A stretch of 60,218 nucleotides of DNA, the filler included. It is 2 parts of 2 records of this genome, joined end to end, with 100 filler letters (N's around TTAATTAATTAA, not from the genome) between each part and the next. Parts side by side here need not be neighbours in the genome. Positions count along the whole stretch, not along the records: positions 1 to 28,504 come from SRR20825006_2666; 1 more part is not named here. One strand, 5' to 3'. Positions within the stretch are counted from its first letter, which is position 1. Each line of letters starts with the position of its first letter. The notes under the pieces are model-generated. The model had not been told where the DNA came from, ran no database searches, and was given only the letters and a program-made list of their open reading frames with translations. The position numbers and the translations under genes are program-made. This document shows, piece by piece, positions 1 to 10,610 of this stretch.

Positions 1-1
1 A

Positions 2-27
2 CCGTAGCCGGATTCGCCAGAATTCGG
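2..27. repeat. Partial REP-like element at window edge
   Basis: GTAG followed by the imperfect palindrome CCGGATTC-GCCA-GAATTCGG just downstream of the gene stop. Confidence 0.4.
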
Positions 28-59
28 ATCGAGTGCTGCTCCATCGCAACGAGCGCCAC

Positions 60-3000
60 CTATTTCCCGTCCGGCAACGCGACTTGGGTTGGACTCTGCA
101 GGTATCCGATCAAGTCAACCACCTGCTGCTCCGTCATCGGTTGCAACAAACCGCTTGGCATCGGTGATTGCTCGGTCACCGACTCCAGTTCGATGTCATC
201 GTTGGGCAGAACCCACGTCTGGTCCGCAGCGACGATCGTGGTCGTTTGACGTGTTCGCTGGGTGACCAGGCCAACCAACAGCCTTCCATCCACAGTGACA
301 ATCTTGGTCGCACGGTAATCTGCCCCGACCACCGAATCGGGGTCGATGATGTTGTGCAACAGATATCCAAGATCGCTCCGCTGAGCCCCGGTCAAATCCG
401 GTCCGACCTTGTTTCCGGTTCCGAACAATTGGTGACAGTTCGCACACGCGGTTTGAAACAAAGCCCTGCCGGCTGGCAAATCTGCCTGACTCAACCGTTC
501 ACGTGTCAAAGATTGCGTCCAACGGTCGATTTCTTTTTTGCGATCGTCAGGCGTGTCCTTGATTCGCCCCCAAACGTTTTCGACTCGCTCGGTCAACGCA
601 TTGTTCTCAAGTGAAAGAATCGTTCGCACATGAGAAGCGGTCAAAATGTCCTTGGGACGCTTCTTTTGCTCAATCGCAGTTAACAACACGTCGGCGAAAA
701 CGTCCCGGGAACAGAGGAGCCCCACCACGCCCGATCGCCGCGGTGCACGAAAGCGATTCAGGTTGTCGAGCAACAAACTTCCCACTTCGGGCAACTCAAT
801 GGTCGACAATGCCGGAGCCAATTTTGCATTGACGCGAGGATCCTTGATTAGTGGCATTGCTAATCGAACGATGTATGAATCGGCGATGGCATCATCTGCC
901 CCTCTGGTTTCGATCAAACCGCGGACCGCAGCCAATCGTTCCAAGACATCTGCGTTCGCATCACCAGCGATCATCGCCATCTCGCCGACACTTTGGCCTT
1001 CGCCGAACAATGTGTTCAATTTGCGAAGCGTCTCGGCGTGCTTGGTTTGCAACTCTCCGTGAGCCGACAACACGGTTTGAAAATCGCTCCAATCCTCCGG
1101 TCGCTCAGCCTTTCGGACTCCCACGATTCCGGCTGACACACCGTCCAGAAACGCTTCCGCGCATGCCACGTTGGGTTTGCCATCCAAGTCGTGATCACCG
1201 CGAAGCCGTCGAGTCACCGACGTCACCAAACGCGAAAATTCCTTCGGATGCTGGTCGACTCTTTCCGCCAAGGCTCGCGAAATGAGTCGTGTGGTCGTTG
1301 GGATTTGGCACTGCTCACCGCCAAAGAGCAACTCGTCGGGATGCTTCTCCGCACTCGACATCAGGCCGTACCAAATCATCAATCCTTGGTTGTGATCATC
1401 AGCGTCCTCGATGCCAGAATCCAATTCCGTCAAGAAGTCCGCTAAGTCACCTCGCGAACCCAAAGGCAAACGCTGCAGAATCGACGCGAGCGTCAATCGC
1501 ACCGAAGCAACATCGGCCTCCGCATGCGACAGGATATCGCTCGAATAAGCACGGTATTCGTCATGCACCTTCTCCTCGGCTGCCACACTCGCCGACGTAG
1601 GTCCAAACACATCGTCAATCGGCCAGTGTTGCGCCATCAATCGAAAGCACCACGCGCGGACGTGCGGCGATGGATCGGCAACACCTTCGAGCAACGTTTT
1701 CCGAGTCAGTCCTTCGGAAACATTGAGCGTCCAGAGCATTCGCAATCGTTGCTGCGGATCGGTCGAATCGTAATCCTGGAACCATTTGACCAACTCAGCG
1801 TTCAGCTCGCTTGCGTCCGCTCCGCTGGCAACAGCCTCAGCGACCTGCAAACGCGACTGGTGTGAGAACCAACGGTCGTCACCGAGCTGGAACGCGATGG
1901 TTTGCTCAACGTTGATTCCAGATTCGTTCAGCTTTGTCAACCGATCGGCCACGTCGTCTGGCGTCCCGGCTTCGTAACGAATTTGAAAGATGCGACCGCT
2001 GGATCGGTGAACTCCCGAGTGTTCATGGCATTCGCCCAAGTCCGCCCAGTCCAAAACAATCACGTTGCCATCCGGCCCTGCAGACATTTCCATCCCGCGG
2101 AACCAAACATCGTCGCTCAGGAACAGGTCTTTCTCGTGCTTGCCAACATACCCCGTTCCTTGAGGTTCCAGGCGTTCGCGATTCACACGACGCCCATGAA
2201 AGTTCAGCGTGTACAAATCGTCTTGGTACTCGGTCGGCCAAGTCGACTCTTGGTAAATCATCATGCCAACGTGAGCGTGTCCGCCGCCGTAATCGTTCGC
2301 CGCTCCATCGCGTGAGTCTTGCCATTTGCCGGACGTGTCAAAGTGGTAATGATCGGCGTGCTGATCGATCAACTCGTAGGCGTTGGGGTTCGGATCCAAA
2401 GTGAATGGTCGGTGGAAGTGGGCGCCGTGGATGCCATGCCACAGATGGCCGTTGACGGTGTTGATGAAGAACAACTCTCCGTTGCGATCAAAGTCATGGC
2501 CCCAAGGGTTGGTGGTGCCATGGCAGAGCACTTCGAAGTGACGCGTGTCCACGTTGTATCGCCAAATGCCACCTTCAAGTGCCGTCCGCTCCGCATCGGG
2601 TGTTCCTGGCAAGCCGATTCGCCCCGGACAAGATCCACCGCATCGTCCGTACAGCCAGCCGTCCGGCCCGAACCTCAAACCGTTGGCCAGATTGTGATAG
2701 TTCTGCTCCGCGATCGTGAACCCATCCAAGATGACTTGCGGAGGACCATCGGGAACCGCGTCCCCGTCAGCATCAGGAACAAACAACAATTGCGGCGGGC
2801 ACATCAACCACACGCCGCCTCGCCCCACTTCGACGCTGGTCAAATGCTGCACGGAATCCAGAAATACAGATCGTGACTCAGCGACTCCGTCAAGATTCTC
2901 GTCCTTGAACACCAGCACGCGATCGCGTTGATCGTCTCGCCAGGACACCCCACGCTGACCGTAGGTGTAATTCTCCGCGACCCACAGTTGGCCCTTCCGG

Positions 3001-3356
3001 TCCCAAGCCAAATCAATTGGGTTTTGCACGTCCGGTTCACTCGCAAATACCGTTGCGGTGAATCCCTCGGGCATCTCCAGCGAATCGGCTGCTTCTCGCG
3101 GAGACAACAGAGGGGGCCCGGCGAGCTTGCCGTCGGCGTTTAATTCTGCGAGAGGTTCCGTGTTGATTGGGGTGGGGAAATCATCCGCCGCCGCGGGCAA
3201 ACCCAGCACAACGAACGTGAACAAACAGCTCACCCATGTCCACTCACGCGTTTGGCGGGATTTCGGCGTTTGCTGAGCCCAGCCGTGCTGTGTCCCCACC
3301 CGTGCAATTTTTGCGTGATCAACGTAGAACATGTATGTCATTTTCGTTTCGAACAA
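60..3356 (-). CDS. PVC-type heme-binding CxxCH protein (membrane-bound dehydrogenase-like beta-propeller + HEAT-like region + C-terminal cytochrome c)
   Basis: N-terminal 'LSPREAADSLEMPEGFTATVFASEPDVQNPIDLAWD', 'NGLRFGPDGWLY', 'GTTNPWG'; C-terminal 'CANCH...VGPDLT...IIDP...SPMPSGL'. Exact start uncertain. Confidence 0.85.
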   Translation of the reverse strand: MFETKMTYMFYVDHAKIARVGTQHGWAQQTPKSRQTREWTWVSCLFTFVVLGLPAAADDFPTPINTEPLAELNADGKLAGPPLLSPREAADSLEMPEGFTATVFASEPDVQNPIDLAWDRKGQLWVAENYTYGQRGVSWRDDQRDRVLVFKDENLDGVAESRSVFLDSVQHLTSVEVGRGGVWLMCPPQLLFVPDADGDAVPDGPPQVILDGFTIAEQNYHNLANGLRFGPDGWLYGRCGGSCPGRIGLPGTPDAERTALEGGIWRYNVDTRHFEVLCHGTTNPWGHDFDRNGELFFINTVNGHLWHGIHGAHFHRPFTLDPNPNAYELIDQHADHYHFDTSGKWQDSRDGAANDYGGGHAHVGMMIYQESTWPTEYQDDLYTLNFHGRRVNRERLEPQGTGYVGKHEKDLFLSDDVWFRGMEMSAGPDGNVIVLDWADLGECHEHSGVHRSSGRIFQIRYEAGTPDDVADRLTKLNESGINVEQTIAFQLGDDRWFSHQSRLQVAEAVASGADASELNAELVKWFQDYDSTDPQQRLRMLWTLNVSEGLTRKTLLEGVADPSPHVRAWCFRLMAQHWPIDDVFGPTSASVAAEEKVHDEYRAYSSDILSHAEADVASVRLTLASILQRLPLGSRGDLADFLTELDSGIEDADDHNQGLMIWYGLMSSAEKHPDELLFGGEQCQIPTTTRLISRALAERVDQHPKEFSRLVTSVTRRLRGDHDLDGKPNVACAEAFLDGVSAGIVGVRKAERPEDWSDFQTVLSAHGELQTKHAETLRKLNTLFGEGQSVGEMAMIAGDANADVLERLAAVRGLIETRGADDAIADSYIVRLAMPLIKDPRVNAKLAPALSTIELPEVGSLLLDNLNRFRAPRRSGVVGLLCSRDVFADVLLTAIEQKKRPKDILTASHVRTILSLENNALTERVENVWGRIKDTPDDRKKEIDRWTQSLTRERLSQADLPAGRALFQTACANCHQLFGTGNKVGPDLTGAQRSDLGYLLHNIIDPDSVVGADYRATKIVTVDGRLLVGLVTQRTRQTTTIVAADQTWVLPNDDIELESVTEQSPMPSGLLQPMTEQQVVDLIGYLQSPTQVALPDGK

Positions 3357-3367
3357 GAAAGATTGAT

Positions 3368-4357
3368 ATGCGGCGAATCGGCAATTTTTCCGATCCCAAA
3401 CTGGCGGACCAATTCAACGACTATCTGCAGACCCTGAAGATCCCTGCGAAAGTCGACCACGACGAAAGCTCCCATGATATCTGGATTCGCGACGAGAAAG
3501 ATGTCGCGACGGCCCGAGAAGCCATGGATGAGTTCAAACAGTCACCCGGTGCGGCAAAGTTTGACGTCACCGCCGAAGCCGCACGCCTGCGAAAGGAAGA
3601 GGAAGCGGAAAAGAAACGCAAACTCGCTTTGCAACAGAAAGCACAGAAGAAACTGCGAGGGACGTCAGGTGCTTTTGGTGGCCGGACTGCAAGAACCGGC
3701 AACATCCCTGTTGTCATCGGCATGATCATTATCTGTGGGATCGCCAGCGTTTCGACGGACTTCAATCCGCAGTTGGATCTGTCAGTGATTCTCGAGCAAA
3801 TCAACTCTCCCCCGGAGGTCCGAGGCGAACAACTCACCGCTCGAGAAAAACTAGTCGTGGCTCTGAATTTTGCGAGCCCAATCGATTATGCGACGACGGG
3901 TGACGCATGGGTCTCGATCAAAAAGGGCGAGATCTGGCGGTTGGTCACACCAGCCTTTCTGCATGGCTCGACGATGCACCTGGTGTTCAACATGATGGCG
4001 TTGTTCACTCTTGGCAGCGTCGTTGAGCGTTTGCATGGCTCGTGGTTTCTTGCATCGTTGCTGCTTGTTTCGCATATCATCGGCATGATTGTCCAAGTCG
4101 TGTTGCCGGACTGGCTCGAAAGCCCCATGGCGGTTGGTGCATCCGGAGCGGTGTTCGGCGTTTTCGGATTCATATGGATTCGACCTCGCTTCCAACCTTC
4201 GTATCCAGTGGGCATCCCGCCGTTCAATGTTTATTTGATGCTCGGGTTTATGTTTGCTTGCATGACACCACTGATACAGGGCATCGCCAACGGCGCCCAC
4301 GTTGGTGGCCTTCTGACCGGGATGGCTGTCGCTGCATTAGCCCCCAAAAGCATCTGA
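3368..4357 (+). CDS. Rhomboid family intramembrane serine protease (GlpG-like, with soluble N-terminal domain)
   Basis: 'WRLVTPAFLH', 'HLVFN', catalytic 'GASG', 'NGAHVGG'. Start placed at ATG 3368 (MRRIGNF) instead of 3236. Confidence 0.9.
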   Translation: MRRIGNFSDPKLADQFNDYLQTLKIPAKVDHDESSHDIWIRDEKDVATAREAMDEFKQSPGAAKFDVTAEAARLRKEEEAEKKRKLALQQKAQKKLRGTSGAFGGRTARTGNIPVVIGMIIICGIASVSTDFNPQLDLSVILEQINSPPEVRGEQLTAREKLVVALNFASPIDYATTGDAWVSIKKGEIWRLVTPAFLHGSTMHLVFNMMALFTLGSVVERLHGSWFLASLLLVSHIIGMIVQVVLPDWLESPMAVGASGAVFGVFGFIWIRPRFQPSYPVGIPPFNVYLMLGFMFACMTPLIQGIANGAHVGGLLTGMAVAALAPKSI

Positions 4358-4506
4358 CGATCCGTCGTCACAACGTCAAAGCATTCAGGCAGGCCGGATC
4401 AAGCCACTTCAGCGCCGCTCCGGCAGCCAACCTCCGACCGTCGAACGGTTCAGCTAAACTCGTGGGCAAACTCCGTAACTCATGTTTGCTCCCCGTTTGA
4501 CGTCAG

Positions 4507-6039
4507 GTGACCAGGTTGTTGTCGTTTTCACCGAAGATCGCTTTCAATCACATCGCGACGACTTGCCGACTGTTCGCTCCGCTCGCCATCGCAGCGCTGT
4601 TCCTCCGACCAGCACTCGGCGATGATCGTCCCAACGTCCTGCTGATCGTCGCCGATGATCTGAATTGTGCGATCGGTCCCTACGGCGACCCCAACGCGAT
4701 CACACCGAACTTGGACGCTCTCGCGAACCGCGGGCTAGTATTCGATCGAGCCTACTGCCAACAAGCCGTCTGCAATCCGTCGCGTTCATCATTCCTGACC
4801 GGACTCCGCCCCACGACGGTGGGTGTCGATGACCTTCGCAAAAGTTTTCGCGAGACCGCTCCGAACGGTGCGTCATTGGTCACGCTGCCTCAACATTTCA
4901 AAAACCATGGTTACTATTGCCAGGACATTGGCAAAATCTTTCACAACATGGGCGACACCCAAGACCGCCAATCTTGGTCCATGGACGAAGTCTTGCACGC
5001 GGGAACGCATGCTGCCGACACGGTGCATTCCAATACGCCCGTCGCTCTCCGTGCTCGCAAGCTAAAAAAGGCTCCCGCGACCGAGGCGCTCAACGTTCCC
5101 GACACAGCCTACCGCGATGGCCAAATCGCTCGTTTGGCAGCCTCCATCATCCGTGACTACCCCGACGACGCGGCACCATTCTTTTTAGGCGTCGGCTTCT
5201 GGCGCCCGCATTTGCCATTCGTTGCACCAAAGAAGTACTGGGACCTCTACGATCCTGATGAGATTTCATCACCCCAGCTCGAAACCAGTCCGGTTGATGT
5301 CCCCGATATCGCGATGCACATTTCGCGTGAGTTGCACGGATACGATGGAATCCCCAAGGAAGCCGAATTGTCACCGGAGTTGAAACGGCAGCTTCGCCAC
5401 GGCTACTACGCCTCGATCAGCTTTCTGGACGCTCAAGTCGGACTGATTCTGAATGCCCTCGAAGCAAGTGGCCACGACAACGACACCATCGTCGCGTTTG
5501 TCTCGGACCACGGATTCCATATTGGTGAGAAGACCTTGTGGGGCAAAACCAGCAACTTCGAACTCGACGCTCGTGTGCCACTCATCATTGCCGATCCACG
5601 AGTCGACCGAACGCAGCCCCGAACCGATTGCTTGACCGAGTTGGTCGACCTTTACCCAACGCTCACTTCGTTCGCCGGTATCGCAAATGATCTGCCCGAA
5701 AATCTCGAAGGTGACGACCTCTCATCGCTGCTGATAAACCCCAATCTAACGCTCAAGACTGCCGCGTTCACTCAGCACCAACATCCGTTCTATGCACCAC
5801 GCGAGAAGTGGATCGCTTGGGGATACTCCGTCCGAACTGCCGACTGGCGATATACCCAGTGGAGATCTATCCAAGACGACCATGTCATCGCCGAAGAACT
5901 CTACGATCATCGGAACGACCCAAACGAGAGCCAAAACGTTGCCGTCCAATTCCCCGACGTTGTCCAACAACACTCACAAAGGCTGATCAAACATTTCAAC
6001 CTTTCGAAAAAGGCACCTTCGGCGAAATCTGACTTTTAG
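4507..6039 (+). CDS. Formylglycine-dependent sulfatase (iduronate-2-sulfatase-like S1)
   Basis: 'RPNVLLIVADDL', signature 'CNPSRSSFLTG', 'GKIFH', 'SDHGFH'; signal peptide-like N-terminus. Confidence 0.92.
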   Translation: MTRLLSFSPKIAFNHIATTCRLFAPLAIAALFLRPALGDDRPNVLLIVADDLNCAIGPYGDPNAITPNLDALANRGLVFDRAYCQQAVCNPSRSSFLTGLRPTTVGVDDLRKSFRETAPNGASLVTLPQHFKNHGYYCQDIGKIFHNMGDTQDRQSWSMDEVLHAGTHAADTVHSNTPVALRARKLKKAPATEALNVPDTAYRDGQIARLAASIIRDYPDDAAPFFLGVGFWRPHLPFVAPKKYWDLYDPDEISSPQLETSPVDVPDIAMHISRELHGYDGIPKEAELSPELKRQLRHGYYASISFLDAQVGLILNALEASGHDNDTIVAFVSDHGFHIGEKTLWGKTSNFELDARVPLIIADPRVDRTQPRTDCLTELVDLYPTLTSFAGIANDLPENLEGDDLSSLLINPNLTLKTAAFTQHQHPFYAPREKWIAWGYSVRTADWRYTQWRSIQDDHVIAEELYDHRNDPNESQNVAVQFPDVVQQHSQRLIKHFNLSKKAPSAKSDF

Positions 6040-6087
6040 TCCAAGCGTCTATCACCGACATGACCTCTTGTTGACGCTCGGCATATC

Positions 6088-6145
6088 AGCCGCATGGCGC
6101 TAGCCACGGTTTCCATGATCAACCGTGGCAAACGTCAAAATCGCT
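6088..6145. repeat. REP-like inverted repeat / possible terminator between convergent genes
   Basis: Perfect arms GCCACGGTT (6103-6111) and AACCGTGGC (6121-6129), with degenerate outer pairing. Confidence 0.6.
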
Positions 6146-6226
6146 CACCAGGCTGTCCGTAATCAAACGACGCGAGTTCCCTGGATCGCTGAAACATAGA
6201 ACGACCTCAGATTAAACAACTCGGTT

Positions 6227-6727
6227 CTATGAATCCAAAGTGGCGGGAATTCGTTTTCCTCTAACACCAACATCGCCGAGGATTAGCGCAACGATTGCCA
6301 TCATGCCGAATGGGACCCCGAAAGCGACAAGCGGGGACAGAATCGGAATGGAGCACAGAATCGCAGCGAGATAGGACAACGCCCTTTTCCTACCCGCGAA
6401 CATGCTGCGTGCACCAAACCACTGAACAAAATGCACCACGATCGCCAAAACGTAAGCGAGATACCCATTCAATCTCAACGGGTAAGACCGCAATAGATTT
6501 GCCGTCGGCGTCCCGGTCAGACTGATGAACAGAGCAACCGTCGACAAGATCAAGAGCGGCACCGCAAAGCTACGCTCCCGCTCAAACATGCTCTGATCGG
6601 GATCGTTTTCAACGATCTCCGTGCACTCAGGCGGGCTTTGATATGGATTTAAAACGCTGTCACCTGCCGAGCGTTCAATCGTTTTCATCCGTTGGGTCGT
6701 CACGCTCGGTGACGCTCTATCATTCAT
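6227..6727 (-). CDS. Hypothetical membrane protein with N-terminal NPYQSP motif
   Basis: 3-4 hydrophobic segments, 'LNPYQSP' motif, overlaps the stop of the upstream ORF. Confidence 0.6.
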   Translation of the reverse strand: MNDRASPSVTTQRMKTIERSAGDSVLNPYQSPPECTEIVENDPDQSMFERERSFAVPLLILSTVALFISLTGTPTANLLRSYPLRLNGYLAYVLAIVVHFVQWFGARSMFAGRKRALSYLAAILCSIPILSPLVAFGVPFGMMAIVALILGDVGVRGKRIPATLDS

Positions 6728-7217
6728 CGCACGTATTCTTCCCGGCGTCGGACTCGGCAGTGTTCAAATTAGCAATCAAATCCTTGAATGCCTTTTGAGC
6801 GGTGTCGATCAATCGCCCCATCTCGAGCTGTGCTGCTTTCATTCGCTTGAGACGTTCCAAGTTTTTCACGTCCCGGCCCGACCGGATGCCTTGCAACAAT
6901 CCGGCCACCGATGATTGCCAGCGACTCGCGATCACGTTGAACTCGTTTCTCAATTGAGTCACCTGGTCCAACGATTTGTGTGTCCGACCCTGCTGATCTT
7001 CTTTTTCGGCCTCAGCGAGCTGACACGCAAACAAATGAAACCCTTTCAATCCGCCGACAACACGTCCGTTGGGCAGACCGCGAATTTCACCGCCGGGCAG
7101 AGATTGCGTCCGCCTCACAGTTGCGAGAACCAGAGCGAACTGTCCGCGTCTCTCATAGTCAAGACTCATCTCAGCTCCCGAATTCACGTTCAACAAGTCA
7201 ATCCAAGTTCGACACAA
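6720..7217 (-). CDS. Hypothetical helical protein
   Basis: 165-aa ORF with a coiled-coil-like C-terminal half, in a same-strand run. Start uncertain. Confidence 0.45.
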   Translation of the reverse strand: MCRTWIDLLNVNSGAEMSLDYERRGQFALVLATVRRTQSLPGGEIRGLPNGRVVGGLKGFHLFACQLAEAEKEDQQGRTHKSLDQVTQLRNEFNVIASRWQSSVAGLLQGIRSGRDVKNLERLKRMKAAQLEMGRLIDTAQKAFKDLIANLNTAESDAGKNTCDE

Positions 7218-7320
7218 ACAGCATACCGTTTTGGCTCAGGTGACCGCATGAAGGGTATTGCGGTTGTCGATGCGGATGGCTTTGGAATGAACCAGGTACC
7301 AAACATCGCCACTGTCGCTA

Positions 7321-7644
7321 TCAAGATGTACCGGAAGCTTTTGCCAGAAGTCGTCGAACTTGCCATCGAAAGGTCAGCCACGAAACCGGCAATCCAGCAA
7401 AAAATCCCGCCAATGCACTCGCGATTCGCATCGCTTGTGTGGGCTGACCCAAACCACCGAGAACACCTCCAATGAAAGCACCTGCGAACGCGCCGGCGAC
7501 GGCCCCGCCGATGGTCGCCACAACGACAAACAGAAACCACGCCAAAGCAATTTGCCCTTCGCCGATCGAATAACCACTATCGGTCAGCAAGACTTCGTTC
7601 TGAGGGGCCATTTCAGACGACTGATACGGACTCGGCTCGTTCAT
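7321..7644 (-). CDS. Small hypothetical membrane protein (Gly-rich TM helices, SPYQSS motif)
   Basis: MNEPSPYQSS... followed by a GxxxG-rich hydrophobic hairpin. Start trimmed to ATG 7644 to avoid overlap with the GH16 gene. Confidence 0.6.
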   Translation of the reverse strand: MNEPSPYQSSEMAPQNEVLLTDSGYSIGEGQIALAWFLFVVVATIGGAVAGAFAGAFIGGVLGGLGQPTQAMRIASALAGFFAGLPVSWLTFRWQVRRLLAKASGTS

Positions 7645-7769
7645 CGGAATCACCTGCGATCGAAAATGGAAGTGACAAAGAATACCAATTGTCTTCCATG
7701 CCCGCATGGTGATCCAAAGAAACCTATCTCGTAGAAGAATTGGTCCATGCGGCCAAGCACACTTCACGG

Positions 7770-8693
7770 TCACTCGTCCAGTTCCCACACCCGGACATAG
7801 TCGATCTGCATGCTGGTCGGGAATTCGGTCGCCGGATGTGACTCGTTGGCACGCAAACGATTGTTGCCGAACACCGCGTATGGCTCGCGCAACCCCAGTG
7901 AGATCGCAACGTTCATCTCGCGGTGCCAATACGTGTTCTTTTGCCGCCCGACCTCGATCCCATCGACGTACCAATTGATTTCATCACGTCCAACGTTGCA
8001 TCCATAGGTGTGAAAGTCCTTCCCAGGATCGAATGGAGCGTGATACTCAATCGCTTGGGTCGCTTTAAATCTCACGTCGTTGGGGCGTTGCCAACTTCTG
8101 CCCGCGATGCCGCCGGTTCCGTTGGACAAGATCGCGTGAAGATTGTGATCCATGATCCGTTCGTTTCCCTCAATACGATTTCCACGCTGAGACATCTCCA
8201 CGACGTCAATCTCACTGTAGCGAACCGCCTCTTTCTCGACGATCGTGTCGTCGATTTTGCTGTACATCCAAAACGAAGGGCACACGCCGGGAAATACAGG
8301 CGAACCCTTGATTCTCGCTTCGTAGTATCCGTACGTCCCTACCGCGTAGGACTTCAGCATCGCGGAAGTGAACGGCGTCGGATTTCCGCTTTGATCCCGC
8401 CGAGATGCCTTGGTGTCGTCCTGCCTCAATCGGCGGACCGTTAGCGTGAGCACGCCGTTTGCGGCGACTGCATTTGTTTCATTGTCCCAAGTCCACGCAC
8501 CAAAGTTTTCGGGATTCTTGTTCCACTTCTTCCAATCAACCGAGTCACGATTGAAATCGTCCGATCGATTCCATTTGATCGCCCACTTTTCTCCCGGCTT
8601 CGCGGTCAAGGGTTTGGAATTTCCGTTGGACTGTGACCATGCAAACGATGGTGCACCGAAGATGACCAAGAGCAGCGTGAGAGTACGAAACAT
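7770..8693 (-). CDS. cgkA: GH16 glycoside hydrolase, kappa-carrageenase-like
   Basis: Signal peptide; 'YGYYEARIKG', 'GVCPSFWMYSKID', catalytic 'YSEIDVVE', 'DFHTYG', 'MQIDYVRVW', matching the kappa-carrageenase pattern as recalled. Confidence 0.8.
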   Translation of the reverse strand: MFRTLTLLLVIFGAPSFAWSQSNGNSKPLTAKPGEKWAIKWNRSDDFNRDSVDWKKWNKNPENFGAWTWDNETNAVAANGVLTLTVRRLRQDDTKASRRDQSGNPTPFTSAMLKSYAVGTYGYYEARIKGSPVFPGVCPSFWMYSKIDDTIVEKEAVRYSEIDVVEMSQRGNRIEGNERIMDHNLHAILSNGTGGIAGRSWQRPNDVRFKATQAIEYHAPFDPGKDFHTYGCNVGRDEINWYVDGIEVGRQKNTYWHREMNVAISLGLREPYAVFGNNRLRANESHPATEFPTSMQIDYVRVWELDE

Positions 8694-8925
8694 TTCAGTC
8701 CAACGGATACATCATGGGTCATCGAAATAGAAAGCGAGCCGACAAGCTCGAACGATCTAGATGATACCAAGGAGCCCGTTGAAACAGGCAGTCGCGAAGT
8801 CACAAAGGTGCGGGCAATCCGAAAACCATACTTCGAGGCGAACGAGAACGATTGACTTGGCAAAACTGCTTCGCCGCTCGAGCGCAACCGTTGACTTGGG
8901 AGGATATGATGTGCCGCTCTATCCT

Positions 8926-10455
8926 ATGACTCACCGACAATGTTTGAATGCTGCTTTGATCATGATGATTGACTCGATTCTCCGACAAGCCATTTCAGTG
9001 GGCTTGCTCGGGTGCGTATGTGTACTGGGCACACTCTCGGCCGGTACGGCTTGGGCCGCGAAACCCAATGTGGTGATGATACTGACCGACGACCAAGCAC
9101 CCTGGGCGTTCGCGGAAGCGGTTCGATCGGGGCAGTTTTCGGACGTGCCAATCCCCTCGACGCCGAACATGGATCGTTTGGCGGCCGAAGGTGCCGTTTT
9201 TCGCAACTTCTTTTGCACCACGCCGGTGTGCAGTCCCGCTCGCGCGACTTTGATGACAGGTCGCTACGCCAGCGAACTGGGGATCAAGGATTTCATCCCG
9301 CAACCCGGACACAAACTCTACGATCCCGACTCTCCAGTTTATTTGGATCCCGACAACACCGTGACTTTCGCGGAAGTGTTGCAGCAGCAGGGATACAAAA
9401 CCGGTCTGGTCGGCAAATGGCACCTCGGTGATTGGACAGCGAACGGCGATTCGGGGAAGCATCCGACGCAACACGGATTTGATTCGTTCATGGGATTGAC
9501 TGGAGGTGGAACGACGCCAGACAACCCCGAATTGGAACTCAACGGAAAGGTCCAACAGTTCCAAGGTTTGACCACTGATATCTTGACCGATCATGCGATT
9601 GATTTCGTGGAACAAAACGCTGACCGGCCCTTCTTCTTGTGCTTGTCCACCCGAGCACCTCACGGTCGGTGGTTGCCTGTCGCACCCGAAGATTGGCAGC
9701 CTTACGAAGAGATGGATCCAACGATCCCTCAATACCCGGACCTTGATACGGACTGGGTTCGCAAGAAGATGAAGGAGTACTTGGCGAGCACGTCAGGGGT
9801 CGATCGCAATCTCGGGCGGTTGCTGAAAACGCTCGATGCACAAGAACTGACGTCCAACACCATTGTGATCTTTACCTCGGATCACGGGTTCAACATGGGC
9901 CATCACGGGATCTATCACAAAGGAAACGGGATCTGGGCGACCAAGCAAAAGCCACCAGGCAAATTTCACCAAGGTACCCGAGTGATCTCGGACAAATACC
10001 GACCAAATCTTTATGACCATTCACTGCGAGTACCGGCAATCGTCCGTTGGCCGGGCGTGGTCAAACCATCCGCTGTGATCGAAGCCACCGCATCGCATTT
10101 GGATTGGTTCCCGACACTGTGTGCGATCGCCGGCGATGGCTCATCAGCCAAAGACTTGCCCGGCCGCGACTTGTCGCCGCTGCTGAAGGGTGAACCTCAG
10201 GACGACTGGGACCAAGCCCAGTACTTCGAGTACGACATGATCAACTACGCCGTCGCATCGCTCCGCGGTTATCGCACGCCGGAATACAAACTGATCCGCG
10301 ATCGGCACAATGAAGGCTGCGACGAGTTCTACGACCTAACGACGGATCCAGATGAAACAGTGAATCTGATCCGCAATCCGGGCTCGCAGGCAGTGATCAA
10401 AAGATTGGACGCGAAACTTCGCGCAATGGAAAAGAAATTGGAAGGGCCTCGGTGA
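8926..10455 (+). CDS. Formylglycine-dependent sulfatase (S1)
   Basis: 'KPNVVMILTDDQ', 'CSPARATLMTG', 'GKWHLG', 'TSDHG'. Start trimmed from 8761 and still uncertain. Confidence 0.92.
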   Translation: MTHRQCLNAALIMMIDSILRQAISVGLLGCVCVLGTLSAGTAWAAKPNVVMILTDDQAPWAFAEAVRSGQFSDVPIPSTPNMDRLAAEGAVFRNFFCTTPVCSPARATLMTGRYASELGIKDFIPQPGHKLYDPDSPVYLDPDNTVTFAEVLQQQGYKTGLVGKWHLGDWTANGDSGKHPTQHGFDSFMGLTGGGTTPDNPELELNGKVQQFQGLTTDILTDHAIDFVEQNADRPFFLCLSTRAPHGRWLPVAPEDWQPYEEMDPTIPQYPDLDTDWVRKKMKEYLASTSGVDRNLGRLLKTLDAQELTSNTIVIFTSDHGFNMGHHGIYHKGNGIWATKQKPPGKFHQGTRVISDKYRPNLYDHSLRVPAIVRWPGVVKPSAVIEATASHLDWFPTLCAIAGDGSSAKDLPGRDLSPLLKGEPQDDWDQAQYFEYDMINYAVASLRGYRTPEYKLIRDRHNEGCDEFYDLTTDPDETVNLIRNPGSQAVIKRLDAKLRAMEKKLEGPR

Positions 10456-10610
10456 GGCATCATCTTGGAACGGGGTGATTCCAAAGTGCCAGTTTTCAAT
10501 TGCAAATCGCAAATCAACGTAGGCCAGGTCTTACGTGGCGATCTCGAATGTCCCGGCAAGCCAATGGCTCGCCAAAGCAGCCATACACCCAATTAACCTG
10601 GCTCACTTCG

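Noticed and set aside
7190-7540. ORF that might be frameshifted into 6720-7217
   Set aside because: Overlaps the better-supported 7321-7644 gene, and there is no homology evidence for a pseudogene.
8852-8899. TTGACTTGG direct repeat between the GH16 and sulfatase genes
   Set aside because: Short, and spacing to the nearest TATGAT does not fit sigma-70. Insufficient support.
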